Assembly (NCBI GenBank): GCA_051362555.1
Contig: CM120642.1
Coordinates: 9,920,001 to 9,984,000, forward strand
DNA: 64,000 bases
Origin: Lingula anatina
Taxonomy: Eukaryota; Animalia; Brachiopoda
Reading direction: 5' to 3'
Both the position numbers and the translations under genes were made by a program. Under the pieces are notes generated by a model that had not been told where the DNA came from, did not search any database, and was given only the letters and a program-made list of their open reading frames with translations. Position 1 is the first letter of the stretch; each line of letters opens with the position of its first letter. Shown here piece by piece: positions 25,660-42,934 of this stretch.

Positions 25660-27737
25660 AATGAAAATCATATGGAAGAGACTTGTCATCTACGACATAA
25701 AGGAGATATTTTACTATTTACATTCAAGTTAAAGGATTTCTGGGAATAGGTGGCGCTGTGTTCCCGTTCTTATTGCTATTTTCGCCCAAACATTTAAAGG
25801 GTTTAGCAGTACAACTTGGCAAAAATATAACAACGTACCAAGCTAACGCAAATGCTTTATGTTGTTAGAAATGAAACGGGTAGTAATAAAGATGACCGTA
25901 AAAGTAAAATCTACCGAAATTTCGCAATAGTCGCGACATGACATACTGTTTACAACATTCACAGTGTAGTAGTCTATTTTTATATTTACAAACTACACTG
26001 ACGCAAAGGTAATGTTTCGGTTTATATTTACGTACAGTTTTACTTTCAGCAACATTGTACCAATCCCACCCAAACCCCTACAGGAATTATTCGGGTACTT
26101 GTTTTACCTCTGGCACTGTGGCACATCCAAAATGTTACCGCTAACCCTGTGAGGCCGCACTGAGAACCTGTTTGCCCTAAAAAAAACCAGTATAATATAT
26201 TGGGATGAGGGCGGAATTTTCTACCACAGGTTATGATAGAATTAGCAAGAAAAGGTTATAAGTGAAATAAGTATCAAAAATATACATCAATCTATCAGGA
26301 TGGAGCATACTGCAATAATGATAATGATAATGATATAAATGCTTTTCAAAAGTTTATCGTTACCTATTTATTTGATAATTGTCCGTCTAACGGCATATAA
26401 AACTGGACAAAAATTAGTGCTCTATCTTTTATTTTATTTATTTATTTATTTTTAAATTATTTCTTTTTAATTTTTCATAGGCCTACAAATCAGAGTAGAA
26501 AGCGGGTTTGTGAGGTCCATACTTGTTTTTCAAGTCTGGTTTTCTAAAGCTCACAACAGGAAGTTAAAAAAATATTCTGTCTCATATATGCAGGCTTCGG
26601 CAGAATTCAATCAATACTTCAGTTCAGAGAGTCAGATTTTTTTACAGAGGCGCCGGGAGATGTTATGTGCAATATATTTTCTCCACTGTAGAACGAACAC
26701 TTATGGTTTTATACGTTTTTGACATAATTTATTGACCCATGAAGTTGTTGCATTAATTCTGCACAAAATTTTCTCCGGTTTCATTAATTGTTATTATTCT
26801 CCGGTTGAATTATTGTGTACTTAGTAACAAGAACCGATGATATCGCTGAGAGCACGTTATACAGTATGCTCTAAATATTTAATTTATTGTCAAGGAATTA
26901 TTTAAGAGAAATCGTCTTTTTACATAGTGTATCATTTGTATTTATTATGATGATGTGTAATATTGTGCAATTTTGCCCTCATTTATCCTTTAGTCTGCGT
27001 GTGTATTTTATCGTATGCATGTGTCTGTATATGGATTTTAAAACCTTTTTACATGTAATATTTCAGATTGTTTTGAAAAATTAAATATTGAACTTAAAAT
27101 GCAGCAAACGTGTTCCTTGTTGCGGCCGTGGAGCGTTGACTTTTACTACAGCCCACATTTCCTGTAATAGACGTCATTACTTCCCTGGCCAGTGAATACT
27201 AGTGATGAAAGGAGGGATAACTATCATGATAATCTGAATAAGATGTTTTAATCGCGTCATATTAGTGTATACAGCACAAATTACACTAATAAACAAATGA
27301 AGTGAATTTTCAAAGTCGCGTGGGAGGGAGGTAATTACATAAACAAGTATTAAGTTGAACACAAATTGAATTGATAAATAAAGTAAGCACATACATGTAC
27401 ATGGGGCTCTACAGAAAAACGCATCAAAATCTATTATAAATTTAGATGATTGCTCTTTGATAATTAAATAAAACTTAAGTAAAAACTTTAATTAAAAGGC
27501 CCATTATTTGCTGTCGACAGCGGTTCTTTTATAAATAGATGTCACTGAAACTGAGAGACTGAAAGCAAATATACACAGAAAGCCTCCCCTCCCATGAACA
27601 TGAAAGTTAGTTTTACCCTTGTGTTAGATACATCGACAAACTTTGTGAAGCTTAAAAACAAAAAGAGATTTGATGTAAGGCTCAGATTCTCTTCTTTTCA
27701 TTTAATTCACTTTCCTTTCGATTCCCAGAATTATATC

Positions 27738-27740
<3 letters not shown>

Positions 27741-27781
<41 letters not shown>

Positions 27782-27790
27782 CGCGCGCGT
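27741..27790. repeat. (TG)n(CG)n alternating purine-pyrimidine tract
   Basis: Directly visible; Z-DNA-prone composition. Confidence 0.9.
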
Positions 27791-28553
27791 AAGCTTGCCT
27801 AAACGTTTGTGGCAGGGGGGGCAGACCTCTTTTCTAATTATCAATGTTGACAACTGTAGCCTGATTTCACATAAATATTCACTGCATCATTTTTTGCAAA
27901 GATAAAATAAGCCTCAGAGTCCTTTGTTTCTTTATTCTGAAGGAATTAGATTGACAAATAAAGAACCAAAATCTAAAACAAAAATTGTTAACTCAAAGAC
28001 ACATGGCTTACGTTTATTAACATTCTTTTTCCGGTGCGTGGGTTACCGGCCTACACAGTGAGTAATGAGATTCATGCGGTGGAGAACTTATCGCACCGGT
28101 ATTATGCTGGTTCTGAATCTCACCAATATCCTACTAGGAAGAATGAGAAAGCAGATATCAATAGAGATTTAAGGAACTGGTAAAGAACCACGATGAACAT
28201 CGCATCAGTCTGTATAGGCGACTACCGCACGGGGAAAAATAGTTCTAAAATTTAAAATCCCCGGTGTTGTGTTAGTTAACCTTGACCGTATCTGTTAATG
28301 ACAAATTCTAGTTTTACATCTGATCCTATACACATGGATATAGTTTGTTTCCACACGAAAACAAAATTGTGAAATCTCACCCGCCAAGTTTTATCAATAC
28401 AAACTTCCGATGCTCCAGCCTGCGGTAATAAACAAGCAGGGGAGATAAATAGAGTAAATACAAAAAATTGTAAGCCACGGGTCAAAAGCTTTATTGTCAG
28501 GGATAAAAACCATTGCTTGTTTCAAGCTACATTTACAACAGTTGATACAGTTT

Positions 28554-29364
28554 TCACATCGGTGGGGAATCTCCTTCGATCATGTCAGTGGATTCTGGTG
28601 AAAGTTCCTCTGGAAATGACGCCTTGCACACGCTACACAGACAATTAGCCAGATTGTGGGCAAAACTATTGAGGGCGTTAACACCAGTGGAACGCCCCCA
28701 TGCTGTAGAGTAGCAACAAGCTTGACACCCAGTCAGATCAGCCTCTGCGCTACATTCCCCGTATTCAGCGGTTGAGTCGAAGCACTGAGAAAACGGGCAC
28801 GCGCAATGAGAAAATGTTCGCACAAATGCACCCTCACTGCTGGTTCTGAAATGCACTCTGTATGCTTCGATGAAGCAGCAGTTGTCGCAGAGGGTTTGGG
28901 TTTCCTTGCTCTTGCAAATGCCCTTTGGGGGGAGCAGAGACTCTTCCAGAGAAGACACACTGCGGGAAGCCCTGGCCGTTTTTACCTCCTCTGCCGGGGC
29001 GGCGGCTCCAAGGGTCAGAGATATGGCGATGAACAGCACACCACATGTAAACTTCTGAAATCATAAAAAAGATAAATGTCCCTTTTTTCATTCTGTGTAT
29101 GTATATTTTGTATCTTATCAACAATTTAAACCATTATGATGGTAAGATACTGATGTAATGGTATTCCACATCAGCCTGAAGCGTGGGGTGCATGCAAAAA
29201 CATCTTAATTCTGGTAAAAAATAATAAATATGGATAAGTGCAATATTTGAATATACCCTGTGCATAATATGGAATAAAAGACCCAAAGCAAATCTGAACT
29301 CAAAAGAATAAAAAACTTAGTGACTATTTTTGCCAGGTCAGATTTTAAAGCAGGTGTGTGTGCG

Positions 29365-29408
<44 letters not shown>

Positions 29409-29537
29409 GGACTACAGTAAGCTAGAAGTCTGTAAAAATATATAAACAATTTATGCACACAAGCTTACAAAAATACAACGTAAATATATAGCTTGTACAC
29501 ATGTATCGGTATATGCAAGCGTCACACTTACCATCAT
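28554..29537 (-). CDS. Secreted cysteine-rich prepropeptide with two tandem Cys modules (CS-alpha/beta defensin/toxin-like), 168 aa
   Basis: Exon 1 ATGATG|GTAAGT (29537-29532), acceptor TTTCAG| then exon 2 29054-28554. Gives MMKFTCGVLFIAISLTLG (signal peptide), pro-region ending RASR (furin-type RxxR), 14 Cys in two modules, and an acidic C-terminal tail. AATAAA on minus at about 28490. Confidence 0.8.
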
Positions 29538-32097
29538 TATTCCACTACGACTCATATATTAAAGCGTATTCCCACTTGTCGTGCCTTTGACTGTTAACTT
29601 TGATATGCGCCTTCACCTCGAGAGGAAAACATATTTATCGCCGAAACATAACTTAATGATTCATCCATCAACTGACGTACCCAGTCAAGCTGTTTCAATT
29701 ATTGGCAATTGTTAGCAGAGGTTATGAATGACTTCCCTTCCGTAAAATTCCAACTGGCCATCCTCTACGGGATTGATTTACATCAGGGATGCATGTTTAT
29801 CCAGTCGAACAGAGAAAACCCCGGCTAACCGACACTCATTTCCGATTACATCTCAATGCAGATTCAAGGGAACGGAACGAAGATTATTGAAATGACTGGT
29901 GTTTCATTTAACACCAGGTTACATACATTTACATATTTCTTTCTTGTTGTTAAAAACTTCTTCCCTGCTATCTCCTCTTAAATAAAATAAATAGTTGAGC
30001 ATCAATTTTAGAAAGAAATGTTGGCCCACGTTTGCTCCTAATTATAATTTTTTCTGGTTATCCGAATAACTGATATAATTAGATCACAAGGTGTTTTTAA
30101 AATACGAGTTTATAAGTAGAAATTTAAAAGAAGTCACATATCACATGTGCAGTGATTTCATAGAAAAAATATGTTAAATCAAATTGTTTTCTTACGTTGT
30201 ATTCAAGAGATATCCATCAGCTTCCCCCGCCCTACAGGTGCGTCCTATTCAAACAAATGTGTGCGTGTTGTGTTGTAATTTCAAACCCAAGGTTAAAGAT
30301 GTCGCCGTGTGCATAAACAACTGGTTTGTGTTTGTCGAAATTACAACGTAGAAAACACTCGGCAGGCAGTGAATTTTTGGGGAAGGTTTTCGAGATGTAA
30401 CTCATCAACTTAAACCCCTTCTGTAAAGGTGAAAAAACAAACAACCTTTGCACTTTAATCGATTTAATTTGTTGTGCTTTCAACCAGGATACTTATTTTT
30501 ACAAGCCCGTAAGTCATGATCACACCAAGAATGAATTAACTACAAATCATTATTTGTAGTTCAATTTTGTAAATATCTTTCGATCTCCAATGTTTAATAA
30601 TAACTAATTATTCATTGTTTTATTTTTATTTTTATTTTTTTTGCTAACTTCATCAGACAATTTTTGATATTTTGAAATTTTCAATTTATAAAGATCCACT
30701 CGCAGTGAAAACGTGACACGGTGATTTAGGTATGAGCCATTTGGTACATAAAACCAGTCGAGGTTACAGAATGCATATTTCTAATTAGGCACTATGGCAT
30801 TGCCAATGAACGATCTGGAAATTAATAGACTTCATTTCCCGAATACAAGTGCTAATAAACCGAATAAAAAACGGCGTCATGAGCATATTAGATTGGTACT
30901 CAACTTCCGTTATAGACATTCACTTTCATGTCGTGGTCCTCAAAAGTATTATTCCTAACAGTAATATTGTCGATTATAGTAACTTTTGTAAAGCATATAG
31001 CCAGTTTTTAATTATTTTTTTTTGGTCGTATAAATTCATTATTCATATACTGTCTTATTAGAATATATTAGATTTATTCGACTGACAAAAGTTCCTTTTA
31101 AAAACTGTTGTCAGTGCACGTTGTAACATTTCTTGATTTCGTAAACGCATCCAAAAATGCGACAGCAACGACGTGTCGCAACCAGTGCTATCACGACTGT
31201 GTTCAGCTAGACGGCAGAAACTCGTGCATTGGTAACACTCGTTCATAATAACGGATGCAGCTGTGACTTAGGCGGATTTTGTGAAACTGCACGCCGAAAG
31301 CAATTCTGATGTAATCTACAGCAAAATACTTTTCATATAGTGTAATAATTTTTTAGGATTAACAAAGCTCATAATAAAAAAAGAACATTCCCACTTTTTT
31401 CAAAAGGTTTATTATATTTCAGTAACACAGTTCCAACAAAACAATAGTATAAATATACATTTGAATAACAAGACTACATGACATAAACCACAAATAACCA
31501 AATACAATTAATCTTTTTTTCTATCACAGCTATAACAAAATTATACATATTTGTATGTTATTATAATACTGGTTTGAATAAACTTGTAACAGCCCCAGTA
31601 GATGAAAAGGCTTTATAACTGTGAACTAAATAAAGTATCAACTTGTCAAGAATCTATACCCTTTACACCAAAAAAAAAAAACATTTTCATCTTAATGTCA
31701 TAAAAGCTGTATGACATATACTATCTAAAGCCATGTCCTACTGTTAAGTTCAGTCAACGAATATCACATCTTGCTCCAGTTTCTTAAACTTACCATGTAA
31801 TTGTGGAAATCGTAATGTTGACAGCTAGCACAACCATTAATATTTACTGAAACTATTGCTTGGCAATATAATATGTACATTATGAAGTGTAGGACAATCT
31901 GTAAATACACATACATAAAGCCATTCACTGGCAAGTCTCAAGGTTTGCAGAAGAATAAATCAGTTGGGGGTGAAAAAAAAATGTCATAAAGCATTAAATA
32001 TTGAACTGTCCCAACTGCAATATAAACTGAGCACTTTTATCCTTTGCATAACATGTTCCTATTTTAGTTGTCAAACCTTAGCAAATAGTGAGGACAC

Positions 32098-34125
32098 TTA
32101 CAGACTGGTTTCACGTCCAATTATTTTGTCTATTCTACCACTCTTACACTCATTGGCAAGCAAAATTACAGAATCGGAGCGATTTTGGCGAGGAGATATT
32201 AGACCAACGCTGCTCTCAACTTCGCCAAGATTGGTTGATAAATCACAATCCTGGATGCTAACACTGCTGATCCTCCTGGTTCCAACTGAACACAGTCCCA
32301 TGCAACCATTGATGACAGCAGTTTCAACATCTCTGTCATCCAGGCTAATGTTATTGTTGTCATCTCCAAGGTCTACTATACGAATGAGAGGGTTTTGCTC
32401 TCGCCAATCTGCCCACACCTTATAATGGTATCGAAGGGCAACCTGCAAATTAAAAGAAAAATTATAAATTGAGCCTTTTTTTTTTTAAACTTAGGCACCT
32501 CAATAAATACAGCTGTCAAACAATGATTCTAGTCCTAATTATTTCAGAAATGAAAGTGAAATGTGTACATCAGGTTACATTGGTGTCAGCCACAAAACTT
32601 AAAAGCTGTATGATATAATCTCAAATTGAAATTTCCATGCTCAATGAAAAAACTCCTTTACATTTTCATAGAGGATACAGAAACAATCAATAAGAAAATG
32701 AAAGAAAACTACATAAAAATCATTTTTCAACACTGACGTTTTTTTTCCCCTAAACTGTGACAACAGACCAACACTTACCAAGCACCAAACAATATATATC
32801 AAAACAAGGAGGACAGTGAGGGTAATCAGCCCCGCAGCCTCCCACTGGTTGGTCCACTCTGCATAATGTAAGGCCCCAGTGACACACAGCCAGGCACTGA
32901 CAGCAGCCAGGGGGGTCAGGACCAGGAAACAGATGATATCACCCCACATGTTCCTCTTGTCGTTGGGTCTCTTTGGCTCTCTGAGCCACTAAATAGGGAG
33001 AAAATGTGTTTAAAAAAATATATATATATATATTGATGCTACAAAATGAATGCGTTAATGCTTAGGTATTTATATATTCTGCATATGTTGGGTTTACATG
33101 ACTGAGTATTCTTCAACTTTTTTTATCAACAGATTTTAATAATTTTTTTTTCCTAAATGTACATGCAGTAACCTTTAAATTTTTGGACTGTATAAAACCA
33201 GGAGTAGTAGGCTAATCTAATGCTTGTTTTATGACATTTCTGTAATCATTTTCTACAGTAATCCAAAATAATCATCAAATGTTTGTCTTCTGACATTTAA
33301 TTATAATCTGTTGTTTACCTGCCAAAAAGGCCTGCATTGCTTCTCCACCTGGTACTCAAAGTCACAGATCTCACACCTGTTGCTATTGGATGAACCCAGC
33401 CACTGTTCAATACAACTCCTGTGAAGAAGCCCCATTGTTCCAGAACACTTGCAAGGAGAGATCAGTTGCTCCACTTTGTCTCCTTCGTGACAGATACGAC
33501 ATATGGTCAGGCTGCTACTTTCACTAAAAGATCTGCAATAAAGAATTACTAGTAGTTAATTCACACATTTATGATAACAGAGATTCTTATTTGCCAATAT
33601 GTAATAAAGTACATGTTTTCATAAATAAAATCTAATTTTTTCAGCAATTCTTCAAGTTTAATAATTATCTGCAATAGCTGAAAATCATAAAATCAGTCAT
33701 TAACTGATATATGAGAAAATTGTTTCAGCCAATAATATCTATTTTTTCTGAACATATTTTTTCTATATGTGACATTACCTGGACAAATTTCTGCAAGCTC
33801 TTCCAGAACGCTGAGGTGCAGGTGATGCCATATTGCTGCTGCTCAGTGATGATCTCTTCCTGTGTCTAGTAGCTGAGCCTGAAGTTTCTAACTTAGAAGA
33901 CGATACAGACTGACTTGGTGAAACTTTTGGGGTCTTGACTGGTGAAGGTAGCATTACCAGCTGACCCTGGACTAAATCTTTTCTCACAGCTATTCTTTCT
34001 TGCTTGGGAGAATTCTGTGTGTTGTCATGGCAATGCGATGGAGTGCTACTGTCTGGTGACTCTTCTTGAATTGTTTGGGTGTAAGGTGTTTCTTGGATGC
34101 TAGTTGTATCCAGTGATCGCGGCAT
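32098..34125 (-). CDS. MARCHF2/3: Membrane-associated RING-CH E3 ubiquitin ligase, MARCHF2/3-like
   Basis: Exons (minus) 34125-33779, 33532-33319, 32988-32779, 32442-32098, in phase. RING-CH: CRICHEGDKVEQLISPCKCSGTMGLLHRSCIEQWLGSSNSNRCEIC; two TM segments (DIICFLVLTPLAAVSAWLC; EAAGLITLTVLLVLIYIVW); C-terminal PDZ-binding motif ETSL*. Confidence 0.93.
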
Positions 34126-34489
34126 TTGGAAACTACATAAAGACATACAATCCAATATACCATTCAGCCAACTATTTCATCCAAATATGGAAGAATTTAG
34201 AACATCCCTCTACTTTCTCTACTACTATAACCATTTACTCTCGAAGTAATGACTACAAAATAATCCCTTATTATTTAATCTAGTAATGGATACTTCAAAA
34301 AGAGTGGGTCGTCTAACTTACAGTTTAAATGACCATGCGTATAAAAATTGCAAATTGGTTACTCGACTGGTTATCAGCTTGAATCTATTCCAGGTTGACC
34401 ATGTTCTATTATAAGGATTAAACATTATCCTTGGATGCCATTCTTAGCCCTCTCACTGCCTTTTGCAGGACTAAAAAATGAAAAACAAA

Positions 34490-34827
34490 AAACACTCGCC
34501 TCGACGCACCCGGATGTCTTCAAATCTCGCGGAAATATGTTCAAAGCGAGGTTTCCAATATCAGCCCAACCTGAGAGCTCGACAAATTATGGTGCATTTC
34601 ATGCATTTTCTTTAGCATACACAGTTATCGATAGCTAAGTTTAATTGATACAGTTTATGAATAACTAATCGATTCATTCTTGCATAAATAATGTAAATAT
34701 AAAACATATAAATAAATGAGTGTTTGAGGTTCTCCTGTCTGCCGCTAGGGTGCAGTGAAGTATTTCCGGTACAGAAAATCATGTGTTGGCGTGTTTTCGT
34801 TTTTGAATGAAGAGTAAAAAAAAGTAA
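34490..34827. promoter_or_regulatory. Putative bidirectional promoter shared by MARCHF2/3 and RECQL5
   Basis: Divergent ATGs only about 700 bp apart; CCGGATGT (ETS-like, 34510), CGCGGAAA (E2F-like, 34528), TATCGATA (DRE, 34626), TTTCCGG (ETS-like, about 34763), TTTGAA (CHR-like, about 34802). Confidence 0.55.
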
Positions 34828-40100
<5,273 letters not shown>

Positions 40101-40349
40101 GTAGGCACATGTTGTAATGTAGTTTTTTCCAGAGGTATTATTTGCCCTTCAACCCCCTTCCCAAAATTGTGCTTTGTCCTCACACTGGTTCATTCTCTAA
40201 AATCTAAAAAGCTTAAAGGATTGCATGCCTTATGCTACAGAATGAGAGGTGTGCAAGAATATCATATCATGATTTGATTAGAGCTGCCAAAAATTGATGG
40301 CTAGCTTGAGGTCAATAACATTAGTATCATGGGCATAATTTTATGCTAA

Positions 40350-42840
40350 CTAGAGGATCAGAGAGGCGATACCGCCTCCGAATATTGTACCACCAGCTGG
40401 AGCAAGCGCATTCGTATAGACCCCCACATACACAAAATAAGGGACATAGCCACCAGTTTTGTGCTTGACAAGCTGTAAAAATGCAATCAACAAGAATTTT
40501 TTAACTATTGCAAAAAATATATATGGTACAATCAAATTTCAGTTCTTCGTAAGGTAGGTCAAGGGTCAATTTCAAGGTCACAGTAAATTGCCAGTATATG
40601 ACTTCCTATTCAAGTTCAAGAGTAACTATGGACCTATCTCTGTCAAGTTTGAAGTTAAAAGAGAAAGAAATTAGCAGAGTTCAGTTCATGATAAAAAGTA
40701 GGTCAAAGGTCAATTTCAAGGTCACATTTAGATTGCCAGTATATGACTTTCTATTCAAGTTCAATAGTAACTATGGACCTATCTCTGCCAGTTTTGGAGA
40801 TAAAAGGGAAGCAAAATTTGCAAAGTTCAGTTTATGGTGAAAAGTAGGACAAAGGTCAATTTTAATGTCACATTTATAATGCCAGTATATGACTTCCTAT
40901 TCAAGTTCAATAGTAACTACGGACCTATCTCAGCCAGTTTTGGAGATAAAAGGAAAGCAAAATTTGCAAAATTCAGTTTATGGTGTAAAGTAGGTCAAAG
41001 GTCAATTTTAAGGTCACATTTAGATTGCCAGTATATGACTTCCTATTCAAGTTCAATAGTAACTATGGACCTATCTCAGCCAGTTTTGGAGATAAAAGGG
41101 AAGCAAAATTTGCAAAATTCAGTTCATGGTGAAAAGTAGGTCAAAGGTCAATTTCAAGGTCACATTTAGATTGCCAGTATATGACTTCCTATTCAAGTTC
41201 AATAGTAACTATGGACCTATCTCTGCCAGTTTTGGAGATAAAAGGGAAGCAAAATTTGCAAAGTTCAGTTTATGGTGAAAAGTAGGTCAAAGGTCAATTT
41301 TGAGGTCACATTTAGATTGCCAGTATATGACTTCCTATTCAAGTTCAATAGTAACTACGGACCTATCTCAGCCAGTTTTGGAGATAAAAGGAAAGCAAAA
41401 TTTGCAAAATTCAGTTCATGGTGTAAAGTAGGTCAAAGGTCAATTTTAAGGTCACATTTAGATTGCCAGTATATGACTTCCTATTCAAGTTCAATAGTAA
41501 CTACGGACCTATCTCAGCCAGTTTCGGAGATAAAAGGAAAGCAAAATTTGCAAAATTCAGTTCATGGTGTAAAGTAGGTCAAAGGTCAATTTTAAGGTCA
41601 CATTTAGATTGCCAGTATATGACTTCCTATTCAAGTTCAATAGTAACTATGGACCTATCTCTGCCAGTTTTGGAGATAAAAGGGAAGCAAATATTGCAAA
41701 GTTCAGTTTATGGTGAAAAGTAGGTCAAAGGTCAATTTTAAGGTCACATTTAGATTGCCAGTATATGACTTCCTATTCAAGTTCAATAGTAACTATGGAC
41801 CTATCTCTGCCAGTTTTGGAGATATAAGGGACTAAATGTTATAATTTTGGAGTTACCATAATGTGCCTTAAATTTCATACAGAAAAAATTAATTAAAATA
41901 AAAAAAATGTCATTTTGGTCAAAATTCTTGAAATAGGAGGTGCTCTGAAGTTTCAGAAGTTCAAATTTGATGAAATAATGTCATTTTTGAACACAAGTTG
42001 TCTGCTTTGCCAAGCCTTATGTTTTATTTTTCCAGAGTTCAAAATTTATTATCCATTACCGTACTGCACATTTTGCTTTTACCACCAATATGTACTTTTT
42101 GATACAGCGTAACTCGAAAACCGTATGGAATACAAAAAAACCGAGACCACCTCCAGTGTTGGGCTTTACATGCTCTACAAAATGCAAAAAAGAATGGGTC
42201 TCTAGCATTAACGGTTCCCGAATTAGAGACAGTTTTCAGTTTTGGTATCTTATGGCCGCTACTCCCGTGAAAATGCACCCATTGACCCCAAATTCATGGA
42301 GATGAAAGATGACCTGAAGGGTAACACCTTCCAATAATATTATTGGTTAAGTCTGTGTGGTGTCTGAATAACAGGGCAAAAAAAATTTTTTTCGTAAAAA
42401 AATTCATTTTTTTGAAAATTTTGGCCCATTTGACCTTGAAGTAAAGGTCAAAGGTCAAATCCAAGGGTATATTTGAAATCTACACATATGACTTTTGGAA
42501 AGCCGTCTATAGAAATTTTTCCCATAACTCCTTCCGTAGGGTAGATAATTAGCATTTAATTTTGCCATTTTTAGACAAGGGCGCATTGCAATGAGTGCCA
42601 CACCCAGACCCCAATACCGACAAAGCCCAAATTTTACGTGGAACGAGTTGAGATTATAGGTGACCTAAATCCATGAGATGGGTACGGGGGCCCTTACCGT
42701 CTAGGAGGAGAAGCGGTAACGGTAGCCGTCCGGCGGAGCCGGCGGAGCCAACGGAGCCGGCGGAGCCGGCGGAGCCGGCGGAACGATCCGGATGGGACCG
42801 AAACCATGTGTACCGCCAGCGCTAACGCTGGTGGTACAAT
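40350..42840 (-). mobile_element. Non-autonomous Helentron (HINE/DINE-1-like), left copy
   Basis: On minus: 5' subTIR ATTGTACCACCAGC with adjacent inverted copy (hairpin), GC-rich 9-mer microsatellite, core, 146-bp tandem array, 3' subTIR (40384-40397), GAGGCG/CGCCTC hairpin, CTAG terminus followed by TT. Confidence 0.8.
40553..41830. repeat. 146-bp tandem satellite array (about 8.7 units) inside the left Helentron
   Basis: GTATATGACTT anchor at 40594, 40739, 40885, 41031, 41177, 41323, 41469, 41615, 41761 (period 146, one unit of 145). Confidence 0.95.
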
Positions 42841-42934
42841 AAATAGATTTTGCTAACCCCTGGTGTCTTCTTAAAAGCCTCTTGCAACATTTACAATTTA
42901 AACAAATGTATTCTATCCACAATTTTTAGATTTA

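Noticed and set aside
31964-32425. 153-aa plus-strand ORF (also 62140-62535 and 28806-29066)
   Set aside because: Antisense shadows of real minus-strand coding exons.
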